Positions 16,517 to 26,464 are shown, numbered from the stretch's first letter. The stretch is DNA of 50,929 nucleotides from Spartobacteria bacterium (GCA_046093785.1 JBJTGE010000021.1:1-50929), one strand, 5' to 3'. Translations and numbers: made by a program. Notes: generated by a model not told the origin, from the letters alone.

Positions 16517-18367
16517 CTACTCGACTGTCACGCTTTTGGCCAGGTTGCGTGGTTTGTCCACATCGCAGCCGAGGGCGACCGCTGTGTGGTAGGCGAGGAG
16601 TTGAAGGGCGACGGTGTTGAGAAACGGAGTCAGGAAACCCGGTGCGGCAGGCAGGAGCACGGTGTTGTCGCACAAGGCGGCGAGCGTGCCGTCGCCATCG
16701 GTTCCGACGCCGATCACGGGTCCACGGCGGGCCTTGATCTCCTCGATGTTGCTGACATTTTTTTCAAACACCTCGTCTTGTGGAGCAAGAACGATGGTCG
16801 GCGTCTCTTCGTTCACAAGGGCGATGATGCCGTGCTTGAGTTCCGCGCTGGGATGTCCCGACGAGGGAATGTAGCTGATCTCTTTCATCTTCAGCGCCGC
16901 CTCCAAGGCGATCGGGAAATTCGTCTGGCGGCCCATGAAGAGAAAATTCCGGGTCTTGGCGTATTTCGTGGCGATCGCTGCGATGGCGGCATCGCGCTCA
17001 AGTGTGCGTGCGACGAGTCCGGGAAGGCTTTCGAGGCCCTCGATGATTTCCGCCGCGTCCGCTTGTGAGAGGTCGCGGATGCGTCCGAGCATGAGCCCGA
17101 GCATGGCGAGGACGAGCATCTCCGAGGTGAAGGTCTTTGTCGCAGCGACGCCGATTTCCACCCCCGCGCGGAGGCCGATGCCGCCATCGCTCTCGCGGCT
17201 GATTGTGCTGAAGACATTGTTGCAAATGCCGAGGGTGAGCGCGCCCTTGCGCTTGCTCTCGCGCAGGGCGGCGAGCGTGTCGGCCGTCTCGCCGCTTTGG
17301 CTCATGGCAAAGACGGCGGTTTCGGGATCCAGCGGCGCGTTCCGGTAGCGGAACTCGCTTGCGTAGTCGCATTCCACGGGAATTCGGGCCATGCCTTCGA
17401 TCATGTATTCCCCCGCGAGAGCCGCATGAAATGTGGTTCCACAGCCGGTGAGGATGATTCGTTTCAGGTCGCGGAGCTGCTCATTCGTGCGGTGCAGGCC
17501 GGTGAAGCGGGCCGTGCACTCCTCGGGCATGAGGCGGCCCTTCATGGCTTCGCGGAGCGTGTCGGGTTGCTCATGGATTTCCTTGAGCATGTGGTGGGGA
17601 AAGGCGCCCCTGCCCGTGGCGCGGGCCTCCACTTCGATCTTGCGCAGTTTCGGCACCGGGGCCGCTCCGCCTGCGACAGTCGTGAGATGGTAGGATTCGC
17701 CATCCAACGCGGCGATATCCTGATCCTTCATATAGATGACATCCTGCACCCAGCCATCGAGTGCCGCCGCATCGCTGGCGATGAACTGGGCGTCACTCCC
17801 GATGCCCAACACGAGAGGGCTTCCGCTGCGGGCGGCCGCGAGAAAGCGTCCGAGATCCGCATGGATGACGGCAATCGCATAGGTTCCCCGGATATGCCGC
17901 AGGGTTTCCTGCATCGCATGGAGCAGCGCGGAGCGCGTGCGGGAGGCATTTTGATCAAACGCCTCGCCGATCAAGTGCGCCAGCACCTCGGTATCCGTCT
18001 GCGAGCGGAAGACATGCCCCCGACCCGTCAACTCGTCGCGGAGATGCTTGTGGTTTTCCACAACGCCATTGTGCACTAGGGCGAGCCTCCCGGAGGCGTC
18101 CAGATGGGGATGGGCGTTCTCGGTGGTCACGCTCCCGTGGGTGGCCCAGCGCGTGTGGCTGATGCCGGGATTCCCCTGCACGGGATTCCGCGCCACCTCG
18201 TCCACAAGTTGCGAAACGCCTCCCACGGCCTTGCGCGTTTGGATTTGATTGCCGCTCACGACAGCCACTCCGGCCGAGTCGTAGCCGCGATATTCCAGAC
18301 GACCCAGCCCCTCCAAAAGGAAGGGCAGAGTGTCTGTTTTTCCGATGGTTCCAACAATTCCACACAT
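16517..18367 (-). CDS. glmS: Glutamine--fructose-6-phosphate aminotransferase (isomerizing)
   Basis: N-terminal nucleophile MCGIVG. Two SIS domains. C-terminal DKPRNLAKSVTVE. Confidence 0.95.
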   Translation of the reverse strand: MCGIVGTIGKTDTLPFLLEGLGRLEYRGYDSAGVAVVSGNQIQTRKAVGGVSQLVDEVARNPVQGNPGISHTRWATHGSVTTENAHPHLDASGRLALVHNGVVENHKHLRDELTGRGHVFRSQTDTEVLAHLIGEAFDQNASRTRSALLHAMQETLRHIRGTYAIAVIHADLGRFLAAARSGSPLVLGIGSDAQFIASDAAALDGWVQDVIYMKDQDIAALDGESYHLTTVAGGAAPVPKLRKIEVEARATGRGAFPHHMLKEIHEQPDTLREAMKGRLMPEECTARFTGLHRTNEQLRDLKRIILTGCGTTFHAALAGEYMIEGMARIPVECDYASEFRYRNAPLDPETAVFAMSQSGETADTLAALRESKRKGALTLGICNNVFSTISRESDGGIGLRAGVEIGVAATKTFTSEMLVLAMLGLMLGRIRDLSQADAAEIIEGLESLPGLVARTLERDAAIAAIATKYAKTRNFLFMGRQTNFPIALEAALKMKEISYIPSSGHPSAELKHGIIALVNEETPTIVLAPQDEVFEKNVSNIEEIKARRGPVIGVGTDGDGTLAALCDNTVLLPAAPGFLTPFLNTVALQLLAYHTAVALGCDVDKPRNLAKSVTVE

Positions 18368-18384
18368 GGTTCGCGATGGATTTG

Positions 18385-19992
18385 TTACTTCAAGTCGCCG
18401 CTCAAGGGCGTGAAGGTGAAGCCGAGGGCTTGGAGTCCGGTCACCGTTGCGCGCAACTGCTCGGGATCGAGATACCAGTGGAAGTAGAAGCCCGCCCAGC
18501 CGTCGCGCACGACCTTGAGGGCCTTGGCGCGCTTGAGCAAATCCTCAGGTGCCGTCGGGGGCTGAAGTTCATACCAGCCGAACGGGTCGATGTATCCGAT
18601 CGTCTCCGGCATGCGCTTCAGGCCGTAGGTGTCGCGGTAGATGTAGGGCGAGTTCAACTCCGTCGCCTGGGTTTTGCCCGCCGAGTCGTTGAAGAAAAAA
18701 ATCGCCCGGTCGCAGGCAAACGGATGGATGCTTGCGAAGACCCGGTAGTCAACCGGCGAAGCCAGATAGTGCGGAGTGAGCCATCCAACGGAGTTGAAAC
18801 CGGCATTTTTCAGGATGTTCAAGCCGCGATTCACCCGGTTGCGCGCCCAACTGGCGGAGTCGCCCGGAACCGGTCCGACCAGCGTGAGGAAGCCCTGCTC
18901 GTCCGCCGTGACGCGGTAGAACTCGTAATCATCGCCACTCACGCCGGTGTAGGGGTTCATGATTCCATCGATCTGGTGCGTCGTGCCGTGTTGAAGAACC
19001 TGGCCACCCAGAGAAACCCAGCGGCGCATTTCCGCCGAGACCGGCGAGTTTTTCGTGATGCGGACAGTCTCTGCCACACCGCCGTTGTAGATGCCGGACC
19101 AGTCGCGGTATTCCGGAATGAGGCTGATGGTGAACGGCACATTCAAGTCGTCGAGGACATTGCCCAGCGACTGGAGCGTGGGCAGGTCGGAGACGGCGGC
19201 GACATCCTCAATGCGGAAGAAGGCGCGGTGGTTCTCCTCATGGTAAATGCCGAGCATGTCGTGGAGAAGGTCTGCGAAGGCCAGGGAGCGGTTCTCAAAG
19301 GTCGTTGAAACCATCGGCATGTCGCCGACGAACCAGAACTTCCCGCTCTGCACGATGTAGGGCCACTCTGTGCCGTCCTGATCCAAGCACACCGCATGGA
19401 CAATGGCTTTTGAGGGCTCGGTGATGCGAATGCGGCTCAAGCCGGCATCAAACGGATCCTTCTCCAACTTCGTGTTTTTGTAGATGACCGTGGGGTGCTT
19501 TTCGCCGGACCACGATTCGAGTTGGAATCCGTAACGGTCGCTGAATTGAGTTTTCGGGGCGTAGGTCGAGAGGTCCCACGCGTAACGCCACAGGTTCACG
19601 CCGATCCAAACGAATGGCTTCGGTGAATTTTCCAGATCGGTTTGAAATGCGGCGGGCAACGGCGTTTCGTTCCAAACCGAGGCGAGGTAAAACGCGGCGT
19701 CATTCGCCGCGATATCTCCCGGCTTGTAGTTGGCCAAGGGAACCCTTGTCACCTTGGCCTCGAAGTGCCCGAGCAGGTTTTGGAGTTTCAGCGAATAAAT
19801 TTCGCCGAGCCATCCCCACTGGCCCTCGTTGTCATAAACGACGAGGATATTCGGAGCCGCAGGCAGGGTCTGACTCTGCATCGGGGGAGGTGCAAGAAAA
19901 ACCACAGCCGCCGCGACCAAGGCGATGGGACATCCGCAGGGGATGACCATCGAGAGCGAGGGGCGTCTTTTGTTTTCGGTTTTTGCATTCAT
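18385..19992 (-). CDS. DUF2334-like (polysaccharide deacetylase-like) exported or membrane-anchored protein
   Basis: N-terminal hydrophobic anchor. Core FFRIEDV....L..L..VLDDLNVPFTISLIPEY, LQHGTTH and WLTPHYLASP resemble DUF2334. Start chosen at MNAKTENK (ATG 19992-19990). 17 nt upstream of glmS. Confidence 0.55.
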   Translation of the reverse strand: MNAKTENKRRPSLSMVIPCGCPIALVAAAVVFLAPPPMQSQTLPAAPNILVVYDNEGQWGWLGEIYSLKLQNLLGHFEAKVTRVPLANYKPGDIAANDAAFYLASVWNETPLPAAFQTDLENSPKPFVWIGVNLWRYAWDLSTYAPKTQFSDRYGFQLESWSGEKHPTVIYKNTKLEKDPFDAGLSRIRITEPSKAIVHAVCLDQDGTEWPYIVQSGKFWFVGDMPMVSTTFENRSLAFADLLHDMLGIYHEENHRAFFRIEDVAAVSDLPTLQSLGNVLDDLNVPFTISLIPEYRDWSGIYNGGVAETVRITKNSPVSAEMRRWVSLGGQVLQHGTTHQIDGIMNPYTGVSGDDYEFYRVTADEQGFLTLVGPVPGDSASWARNRVNRGLNILKNAGFNSVGWLTPHYLASPVDYRVFASIHPFACDRAIFFFNDSAGKTQATELNSPYIYRDTYGLKRMPETIGYIDPFGWYELQPPTAPEDLLKRAKALKVVRDGWAGFYFHWYLDPEQLRATVTGLQALGFTFTPLSGDLK

Positions 19993-20041
19993 AGTTTTGT
20001 TGTTTCCGCCCGCAACCTCGCGGCGGGGGATGCCGCCTGCC

Positions 20042-22159
20042 ATGGGGTCAAAGCCCGAGCGTTTCCCTTGGAACCCGAAAAAACTTTATGTCGGCGCGGT
20101 TTTCGCATCCGATCCGCGCTCTCGATTCCGGACATTGGAAACATCTCTTCACTTTCAACTCGACGCACTCGCCGGCGGCACACGCGCGCGGGCGGCCACC
20201 TTCCGCACCTTGCACAACGAGGTGCGAACGCCCCTGTTCATGCCCGTGGGCACCCATGCGACGGTCAAAGCTCAGACGCAGGATTTTTTGCACGATTCCG
20301 GGTCGCAGATTCTGCTGGCGAATACCTACCACTTGCTGCTGCGCCCGGGAGCGGAGGTCTTTCGCAGCGTCGGAGGCATTCACCGGTTCATGAGCTGGGA
20401 GCGCTCGGTGCTCACGGACTCCGGGGGATTCCAAATCTTCTCCCTGCCTCACTCGCGATCGATGAGCGAGGAGGGCGCGGTTTTTCAGAGCTACCTTGAT
20501 GGACGCACGATTGTTCTCAGTCCCGAGTTGAGCATCGAGACACAGAAGGCGATCGGCAGCGACATCATGATGGTGCTCGACCAGTGCGTTCCCTCCACGG
20601 TGGACGAAGCCACGGCCCGTCAGGCGATGGAACTCACGCACCGCTGGGCCGCCCGCAGCCTTGCGGCGCGAGGTGATTCCCGCCAAGCGATGTTCGGCAT
20701 TGTGCAGGGGGCGTTGAACCATTCCCTGCGCCAAGCAAGCGCGGAGGCTCTGTGCGCGATGCCGTTCGATGGATATGCCATAGGAGGTCTGGCTGTGGGC
20801 GAGGCGAAGGGCGAGCGCGAGGACACCTGTGAATTCACGGCAGCCCTTCTGCCTCGGGACAAACCCCGCTACCTCATGGGCGTGGGAACTCCGCTGGACA
20901 TTCTTGAAGCGGTCCACCGGGGTGTGGACATGTTCGACTGCATCATCCCCACTCAAGTCGCACAGCGCGGCGGAGCCTTCACTTCGCGGGGTTTTCTGCA
21001 ACTGAGGCGCGGCATTTACAAAACCTCAAACGAACCTCTCGATCCCGCCTGCACCTGCCCGACCTGCTCCAAGTTTTCCCGCGCCTATCTGCATCACCTC
21101 ACGAAGTGCAAGGAAACGCTCGGCTGGCAACTGATCGGCCAGCACAACATTTTCTTCTACCACCAACTCATGGCTGAAATGCGGCAGAGCATTCTTGAGG
21201 ACAGATTCCTTGCGCTCTACGAGGAAAGGCGCGCCATTCTTGCCGAGGACGACTTGGACAACCCTGTCACGCCGATGCGGCGGAACCCTCCCCGTTCGAT
21301 CACGCTGGGGGAATACAAAATCCATACGGCCATCGAAGGTTTCTCGAGCATTCTCCATGTGAGTTCGGGCGAGATCATGCACTCGCGCACGCCGCCGATG
21401 GATGAGGCGCGCAGCCTGTATATCGAGCAATCGCGCCTAGCCTCCCGCCTGCGTGAGAAAACGAGCGAGCCGTTGGTGATCTGGGATGTCGGCCTCGGGG
21501 CGGCGGCAAATGCCATGGCCGCCATCCAATGCTACGAGGGGCTGGCCAATGAAGGTTCCGTGCGTCCGATGCACATTGTGAGTTTTGAGAACGATCTGGA
21601 TGCGCTGCGTCTGGCCTTGAAAAACAACGATCGGGTCCCCTACCTGCGCCATGCGGGGCCTCCTGCCATTTTGAAGAATGCCACTTGGGTTTCGAAGCAG
21701 CATGAGCGCCTCTCGTGGCAACTTCACGAAGGAGATTTTCTCGAGTGTTTGCCCCAAGCCATGCCGCCGGACCTTGTTTTTTACGACATGTTTTCCGGAA
21801 AGACCTGCGCCCCTGCGTGGACCGAGGACGCCTTCCGCGCCATTCTCGCCGTTTGCGGTTCGCGGGATGTCGAGCTTTTCACCTACACCTGCTCCACGGC
21901 ATCGCGGGTGGCCATGCTTGGCGCAGGCTGGGGCGTGGCACGGGGCCGGAATGCGGGGGACAAGGAGGAAACGACCATTGCTTTCACGCATCTGAACAAG
22001 GCCCGCGAACGCGGGCGCGATATCCTCGCCGCCGAGTGGCTCAAAAAGTGGAACCGCTCCGCCGCGAAATTCCCGCCCGCGATCGGTCTTGCCGACCAAC
22101 AAAATTTCGAAGCCAGAATCCGAAGTCTGCCGCAGTTTGCCGGAATCGATTCCGTGTAG
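20042..22159 (+). CDS. tgt: tRNA-guanine transglycosylase (queuine/preQ1 tRNA-ribosyltransferase) fused to a C-terminal MnmC/MnmD-type SAM methyltransferase module
   Basis: Tgt motifs TPLFMPVGT, LTDSGGFQ, YAIGGLAVGE and zinc site CTCPTC...H. C-terminal ~290 aa: SSGEIMHS..PP.DEARSLYI, VIWDVGLGAAANAMA, IVSFEND, DLVFYDMFSGKTCAPAWT, ELFTYTCSTASRVAMLGAGWGV. Start is uncertain: ATG 20042, or TTG 20135 just before the FQLD core. Confidence 0.8.
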   Translation: MGSKPERFPWNPKKLYVGAVFASDPRSRFRTLETSLHFQLDALAGGTRARAATFRTLHNEVRTPLFMPVGTHATVKAQTQDFLHDSGSQILLANTYHLLLRPGAEVFRSVGGIHRFMSWERSVLTDSGGFQIFSLPHSRSMSEEGAVFQSYLDGRTIVLSPELSIETQKAIGSDIMMVLDQCVPSTVDEATARQAMELTHRWAARSLAARGDSRQAMFGIVQGALNHSLRQASAEALCAMPFDGYAIGGLAVGEAKGEREDTCEFTAALLPRDKPRYLMGVGTPLDILEAVHRGVDMFDCIIPTQVAQRGGAFTSRGFLQLRRGIYKTSNEPLDPACTCPTCSKFSRAYLHHLTKCKETLGWQLIGQHNIFFYHQLMAEMRQSILEDRFLALYEERRAILAEDDLDNPVTPMRRNPPRSITLGEYKIHTAIEGFSSILHVSSGEIMHSRTPPMDEARSLYIEQSRLASRLREKTSEPLVIWDVGLGAAANAMAAIQCYEGLANEGSVRPMHIVSFENDLDALRLALKNNDRVPYLRHAGPPAILKNATWVSKQHERLSWQLHEGDFLECLPQAMPPDLVFYDMFSGKTCAPAWTEDAFRAILAVCGSRDVELFTYTCSTASRVAMLGAGWGVARGRNAGDKEETTIAFTHLNKARERGRDILAAEWLKKWNRSAAKFPPAIGLADQQNFEARIRSLPQFAGIDSV

Positions 22160-22212
22160 CCAACTTCTCCCGCGTTGCGAAATCGCGGCAGGTCGGACAA
22201 TCTCATAGCCCC

Positions 22213-23310
22213 ATGCGAAATGTCGTCATTCTTGGAGTCACAGGCTCCATCGGCCAGAGCGCCCTCAAGGTGGCGCGTGATATCCCCGACCGGATGCGAA
22301 TCGTCGGGATGTCGGCGCATTCCAATGCGGAAGGGCTTGCTGCAGCCGCTCGCGAGTTTCCCGATGCAAGGACGACTCTCTCCACCGGGCCGGATGGCAT
22401 CGACCGCCTCGTGGAACTGGCCACCTTGCCCGAGGCCGATCTGGTGCTTGTGTCGATTGTCGGAACCGCTGGCCTCCGCCCTGCGCTGGCCGCCATCGAA
22501 ACGGGAAAGGACATCGCCGTCGCGAGCAAGGAAATCCTGGTCATGGCCGGCGAAATCGTCATGTCTGCAGCCCGCAGGAAGGGCGTTCGCGTGTTGCCGG
22601 TGGATAGCGAACACAGCGCGATTTTTCAATGCCTCGAGGGCCGCGATACAAAGAGCGTGAGGCGTCTCATTTTGACCTGCTCGGGAGGGCCGTTCCGCAA
22701 AACACCGGCTGCCGAGTTGCCAAAGGTCACTCCCGAAATGGCCCTGCGCCACCCCACATGGAACATGGGCCGCAAGATCACGCTCGACTCCGCCACCTTG
22801 TTCAACAAGGCGCTTGAAATGATCGAAGCGCGCTGGCTTTTCGACATCGGGATGGATCGCGTCGAAGTGGTCATCCATCCGCAAAGCATCGTGCATTCGA
22901 TGGTCGAATTCGTTGACCGCTCGATCCTCGCGCAGTTGAGCCACTCGGACATGTGCCTCCCGATCCAATACGCCGTGACCTGCCCCGAGAGAGTCGAAAA
23001 CTCCCTCCGTCCGCTGGATTTCGCCTCACTCGGAAGCCTCGATTTCGAAGCGCCCCGGAGGCAGGACTTCCCCGCCCTCGATCTCGCCACCGAAGCCGGC
23101 ACCCTCGGCGGAACGCGTCCAGCTGTCCTCAACGCCGCGAATGAGGTCGCCGTGGAAGCTTTTCTGGGCGGGCGTATCGCCTTCCCGGGAATCTGGAAAT
23201 TGGTGGCCGAGGTTTTAGAGAAGTGCCCCCATGTTGAATATCCCTCCCTGGAGCAACTCCTCTTCACCGCTGCGGAAGCCCGTCGGATTGCCTGGGCCTC
23301 GATCGGCTGA
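22213..23310 (+). CDS. dxr: 1-deoxy-D-xylulose 5-phosphate reductoisomerase
   Basis: MRNVVILGVTGSIGQSAL (NADPH fold), PVDSEHSAIFQCL, HPTWNMG. The long upstream extension in the ORF track overlaps tgt. Confidence 0.92.
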   Translation: MRNVVILGVTGSIGQSALKVARDIPDRMRIVGMSAHSNAEGLAAAAREFPDARTTLSTGPDGIDRLVELATLPEADLVLVSIVGTAGLRPALAAIETGKDIAVASKEILVMAGEIVMSAARRKGVRVLPVDSEHSAIFQCLEGRDTKSVRRLILTCSGGPFRKTPAAELPKVTPEMALRHPTWNMGRKITLDSATLFNKALEMIEARWLFDIGMDRVEVVIHPQSIVHSMVEFVDRSILAQLSHSDMCLPIQYAVTCPERVENSLRPLDFASLGSLDFEAPRRQDFPALDLATEAGTLGGTRPAVLNAANEVAVEAFLGGRIAFPGIWKLVAEVLEKCPHVEYPSLEQLLFTAAEARRIAWASIG

Positions 23311-23312
23311 TT

Positions 23313-25067
23313 TTACGGCACCACCGCATCGACCCAGCGGCCGTGTTCGCGGATGAGGTCCACGAGGCGGTCGACGGCCTCGGCTTGGGGGATGTTGAAT
23401 TTCACGGGGGTCTTGCCGACATAGAGGTTCACCTTGCCGGGGGCGCCGCCGACATAGCCGAAGTCGGCATCGGCCATTTCGCCGGGGCCGTTCACGATGC
23501 AGCCCATGATGGCGATTTTAACGCCTTTGAGGTGACTGGTGGCGGCTTTGATGCGGGCGGTGGTTTCCTGGAGGTTGAAAAGCGTTCGGCCGCAGCTTGG
23601 GCAGGCGACATAATCGGTTTTGAAAATGCGGACACCGGCGGCTTGGAGGATGTTGTAGGCGATGCGGAGCGATTGGCCGGGAGCGTCTTCGCCTTGCACA
23701 AGGACTGCGTCGCCGATGCCGTCGCAGAGGAGGGAGCCGATGTTGGTGGCGGCATTCAGGAGGTTGTGGACGAAATCGGTGGAGGCACCGTGCGCAAATG
23801 TATCCTTGAGCAGGATGGGATGCCTCGCCTCAATGAGCGAGGCGAGAAGCCTGTAAGCGCCGATGACCGGCAAATCGCACGAGTCCGGGATCGTGACGAA
23901 CAGGGGCACGGCGGATGCGTTGACGCGGGCGACAGCGGCCGCATCGCGCGGGTCGATTTCAACGAGTCCGGAATTCTCGATGATCAATTCGGGTTTGTAG
24001 TCGCCGAGCCCCGCGATTTTGTGGGCGACCTTTTCGTAGGCGGCCTGTGCGACTGCAACGCGCACGAGTTCCGTGCCGCCGATGTGATACTCCCCGACTT
24101 GCAATACCGAGCTTGCGCGGCGGGCGTAGGAAAAAGGATCGAACGGCCAGTCCGGCAGAGTTGGCGAGGGTTTGCGGGCGGAGGCGATTTTTTCCAAGGC
24201 CTGCGCCACGGGAATTTCGTGTTCGGAATCCTCCGTGAGCGAAACGCGGATCGTGTCACCGATGCCGTCGGCGAGCAGGCTGCCGATGCCGATGGCACTT
24301 TTGATGCGGCCGTCCTCGCCATCCCCCGCCTCGGTGACGCCGAGGTGGATCGGGTAGTTCCAGCCGCCGCCTTCGGTGGCTTCGAGTTCGTCGAGGCGCG
24401 CGACAAGCAAGCGGTAGGCTTGAATCATGACCTTGGGATTCGACGCCTTCATCGAAAAAACAAAATCGTGGTAGTCGAGTTCGCGGGCGATGCGTGCGAA
24501 CTCGAGGGCGCTTTCGACCATGCCGAGCGGCGTGTCACCGAAGCGGTTCATGATGCGGTCGCTCAGGCTGCCGTGGTTCGTGCCGATCCGCATCGAGATG
24601 CCGCGCTCTTTGCAGAGTGCCACCAGCGGAGCGAAGCGCTCGCGGATGCGTGAGATTTCGGCCGCGTATTCGGTGTCCGTGTATTCGCGGACATTGAATT
24701 TTTTCGAGTCGGCGAAATTGCCGGGATTGATGCGAACCTTGTCCACCCACTTGGCAGCCTCCAAGGCGGCTTCGGGCTTGAAATGAATATCCGCGACCAG
24801 TGGCACATCACAGCCGGCGGCGCGGAGCGTGTCGCGGATGGATTCGAGGTTGCGGGCATCCTTCACGGTCGGCGCGGTGATGCGGACGATCTCGCAACCG
24901 GCTTGCGCCAGGCCAAGCGTCTCCTTCACGCAAGCGGCGGTGTCCATCGTATCACTCGTCAGCATCGACTGGACGCGGACGGGATTTTCACCCCCGATGG
25001 CGGTGCGGCCGGTTTTGACTTCGCGGCTGGGCCGGCGATCTGGATGGCTTCGGAAAACCGGCGGCAT
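23313..25067 (-). CDS. ispG: 4-hydroxy-3-methylbut-2-en-1-yl diphosphate synthase, long form with inserted domain
   Basis: VQSMLTSDT, RINPGN, C-terminal CPSCGRT and GCIVNGPGE. 584 aa. The stop lies 2 nt from the convergent dxr stop. Confidence 0.92.
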   Translation of the reverse strand: MPPVFRSHPDRRPSREVKTGRTAIGGENPVRVQSMLTSDTMDTAACVKETLGLAQAGCEIVRITAPTVKDARNLESIRDTLRAAGCDVPLVADIHFKPEAALEAAKWVDKVRINPGNFADSKKFNVREYTDTEYAAEISRIRERFAPLVALCKERGISMRIGTNHGSLSDRIMNRFGDTPLGMVESALEFARIARELDYHDFVFSMKASNPKVMIQAYRLLVARLDELEATEGGGWNYPIHLGVTEAGDGEDGRIKSAIGIGSLLADGIGDTIRVSLTEDSEHEIPVAQALEKIASARKPSPTLPDWPFDPFSYARRASSVLQVGEYHIGGTELVRVAVAQAAYEKVAHKIAGLGDYKPELIIENSGLVEIDPRDAAAVARVNASAVPLFVTIPDSCDLPVIGAYRLLASLIEARHPILLKDTFAHGASTDFVHNLLNAATNIGSLLCDGIGDAVLVQGEDAPGQSLRIAYNILQAAGVRIFKTDYVACPSCGRTLFNLQETTARIKAATSHLKGVKIAIMGCIVNGPGEMADADFGYVGGAPGKVNLYVGKTPVKFNIPQAEAVDRLVDLIREHGRWVDAVVP

Positions 25068-25069
25068 TT

Positions 25070-26464
25070 TTACTTCGTCTGTTCGGCGACCGGAGCCTTC
25101 GAGGCCACGATGTCACCCACATCGTAGAAGGTGAGATAGATCATGAAGCCGATGAGGAGCATGGCGCAGGCGGTTTGGACGACTTCAAGAACGCGGACGC
25201 TGATCGGCTTCCTGCGGATGGCTTCGATGATCGCGAGAGTGATGTGCCCACCGTCGAGAACAGGAAACGGAAGCAGGTTCATGAGGGCGAGGTTCACATT
25301 GATGAGAACGCTGAAGGCGAGCGCGATCCGCCATCCGTTTTCCGCTTCGAAAATCTGGTAGTAGAGGCGCATGATGCCCACCGGACCGCTGAAGTGGGCG
25401 GCTTTGACATCCGACGCCGGCGAAAGCAACGCCCCAACCATGCGGAAGATGCTGGTGGCGGCATCTTTCACCTGCACGAGCGGCGAGGGGTGCACCAAAA
25501 CGGACCGGCCCCACTCGATGCCGAAATTCACCGGAGCAGCGTCCGGAGTGGCTTCGGGGAGTTTCATGGCCAGCTTCAAATCCTCTCCGCCGCGCTCGAC
25601 CCCAAAGATGACATCCTTGCCGCGATTCGCGTCAATGACGGGACCCATCTCGCTCAGATTGAAAACAGGGACGCCGTTGATGTCCGTGACCAAATCACCG
25701 GCCTTGAAGCCCGATTTGTCCGCGAGGCTGCCTTTCACGACAAAGCCCACGCCCGGCATGATGCGCGGCCCGATCTGGACCTCGCGCAGGGCGGGTCGGC
25801 GCCAGCTGGAGGTTTCAGGTTTCGACCACTTGGAATCGATGGTGATCTCCTGCCCATCGCGCAGCACGGCAAATGGAATCGTCTCCCCCTCGCTTCGCAC
25901 GATGCGCCATTTCACGCTGTCCGTGCCGCTCAGGAAGTGCTTCACGGGTTTGCCATCCACCGCGATGATCTCATCCCCCGGCCGCAACCCGGCCACGGCT
26001 GCGGGACCGCCATCTTTCACATAGCCGATGACCGTTGTGTCGAACTCGCTCTGGGGTTTTCCCACCACCCACACGATGCAGGCCATGGCAAAGGCCAGGC
26101 CGAAGCTGAAAAGCGGGCCGGCGGCGGCGACGATGATTTTATCCAGCGGCTTGACCGGCGGGAGCTGGTCGCGGGCGTTTTCGGATTCCCCCTCGAGCGC
26201 CTCCATCGGCGCGAGTTGGGGAATGGCCACGAAGCCGCCTGCGGGGATCGAGCCAAGACGGTATTCGACGCCGCCGATTGTTTTGCTCCAGATCGGCTTT
26301 CCGAACCAGATGGCAAACTTCTCGACTACGAGACCGCGCCAGCGCGCCGCCAAAAAGTGACCCAATTCGTGGACCACGATGAGGAGGTTGAAAATGAGGA
26401 GAACCTCAAGGCAGATGAATAGAAATTTCAGTCCGTCAAAAAACATATGGAAGGCTCCCAACAT
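25070..26464 (-). CDS. rseP: RIP site-2 metalloprotease RseP (M50 family with PDZ domains)
   Basis: HELGHFLAARW zinc motif in the first TM helix, PDZ regions, and the C-terminal LNLLPFPVLDGGH motif. Start at 26464 or 26446. The 620-aa ORF-track version has a non-genic-looking N-terminal extension. Confidence 0.88.
   Translation of the reverse strand: MLGAFHMFFDGLKFLFICLEVLLIFNLLIVVHELGHFLAARWRGLVVEKFAIWFGKPIWSKTIGGVEYRLGSIPAGGFVAIPQLAPMEALEGESENARDQLPPVKPLDKIIVAAAGPLFSFGLAFAMACIVWVVGKPQSEFDTTVIGYVKDGGPAAVAGLRPGDEIIAVDGKPVKHFLSGTDSVKWRIVRSEGETIPFAVLRDGQEITIDSKWSKPETSSWRRPALREVQIGPRIMPGVGFVVKGSLADKSGFKAGDLVTDINGVPVFNLSEMGPVIDANRGKDVIFGVERGGEDLKLAMKLPEATPDAAPVNFGIEWGRSVLVHPSPLVQVKDAATSIFRMVGALLSPASDVKAAHFSGPVGIMRLYYQIFEAENGWRIALAFSVLINVNLALMNLLPFPVLDGGHITLAIIEAIRRKPISVRVLEVVQTACAMLLIGFMIYLTFYDVGDIVASKAPVAEQTK

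Noticed and set aside
18368-18384. A glmS ribozyme or riboswitch upstream of glmS.
   Set aside because: Only 17 nt separate glmS from the upstream gene, so there is no room for the ~170-nt ribozyme.
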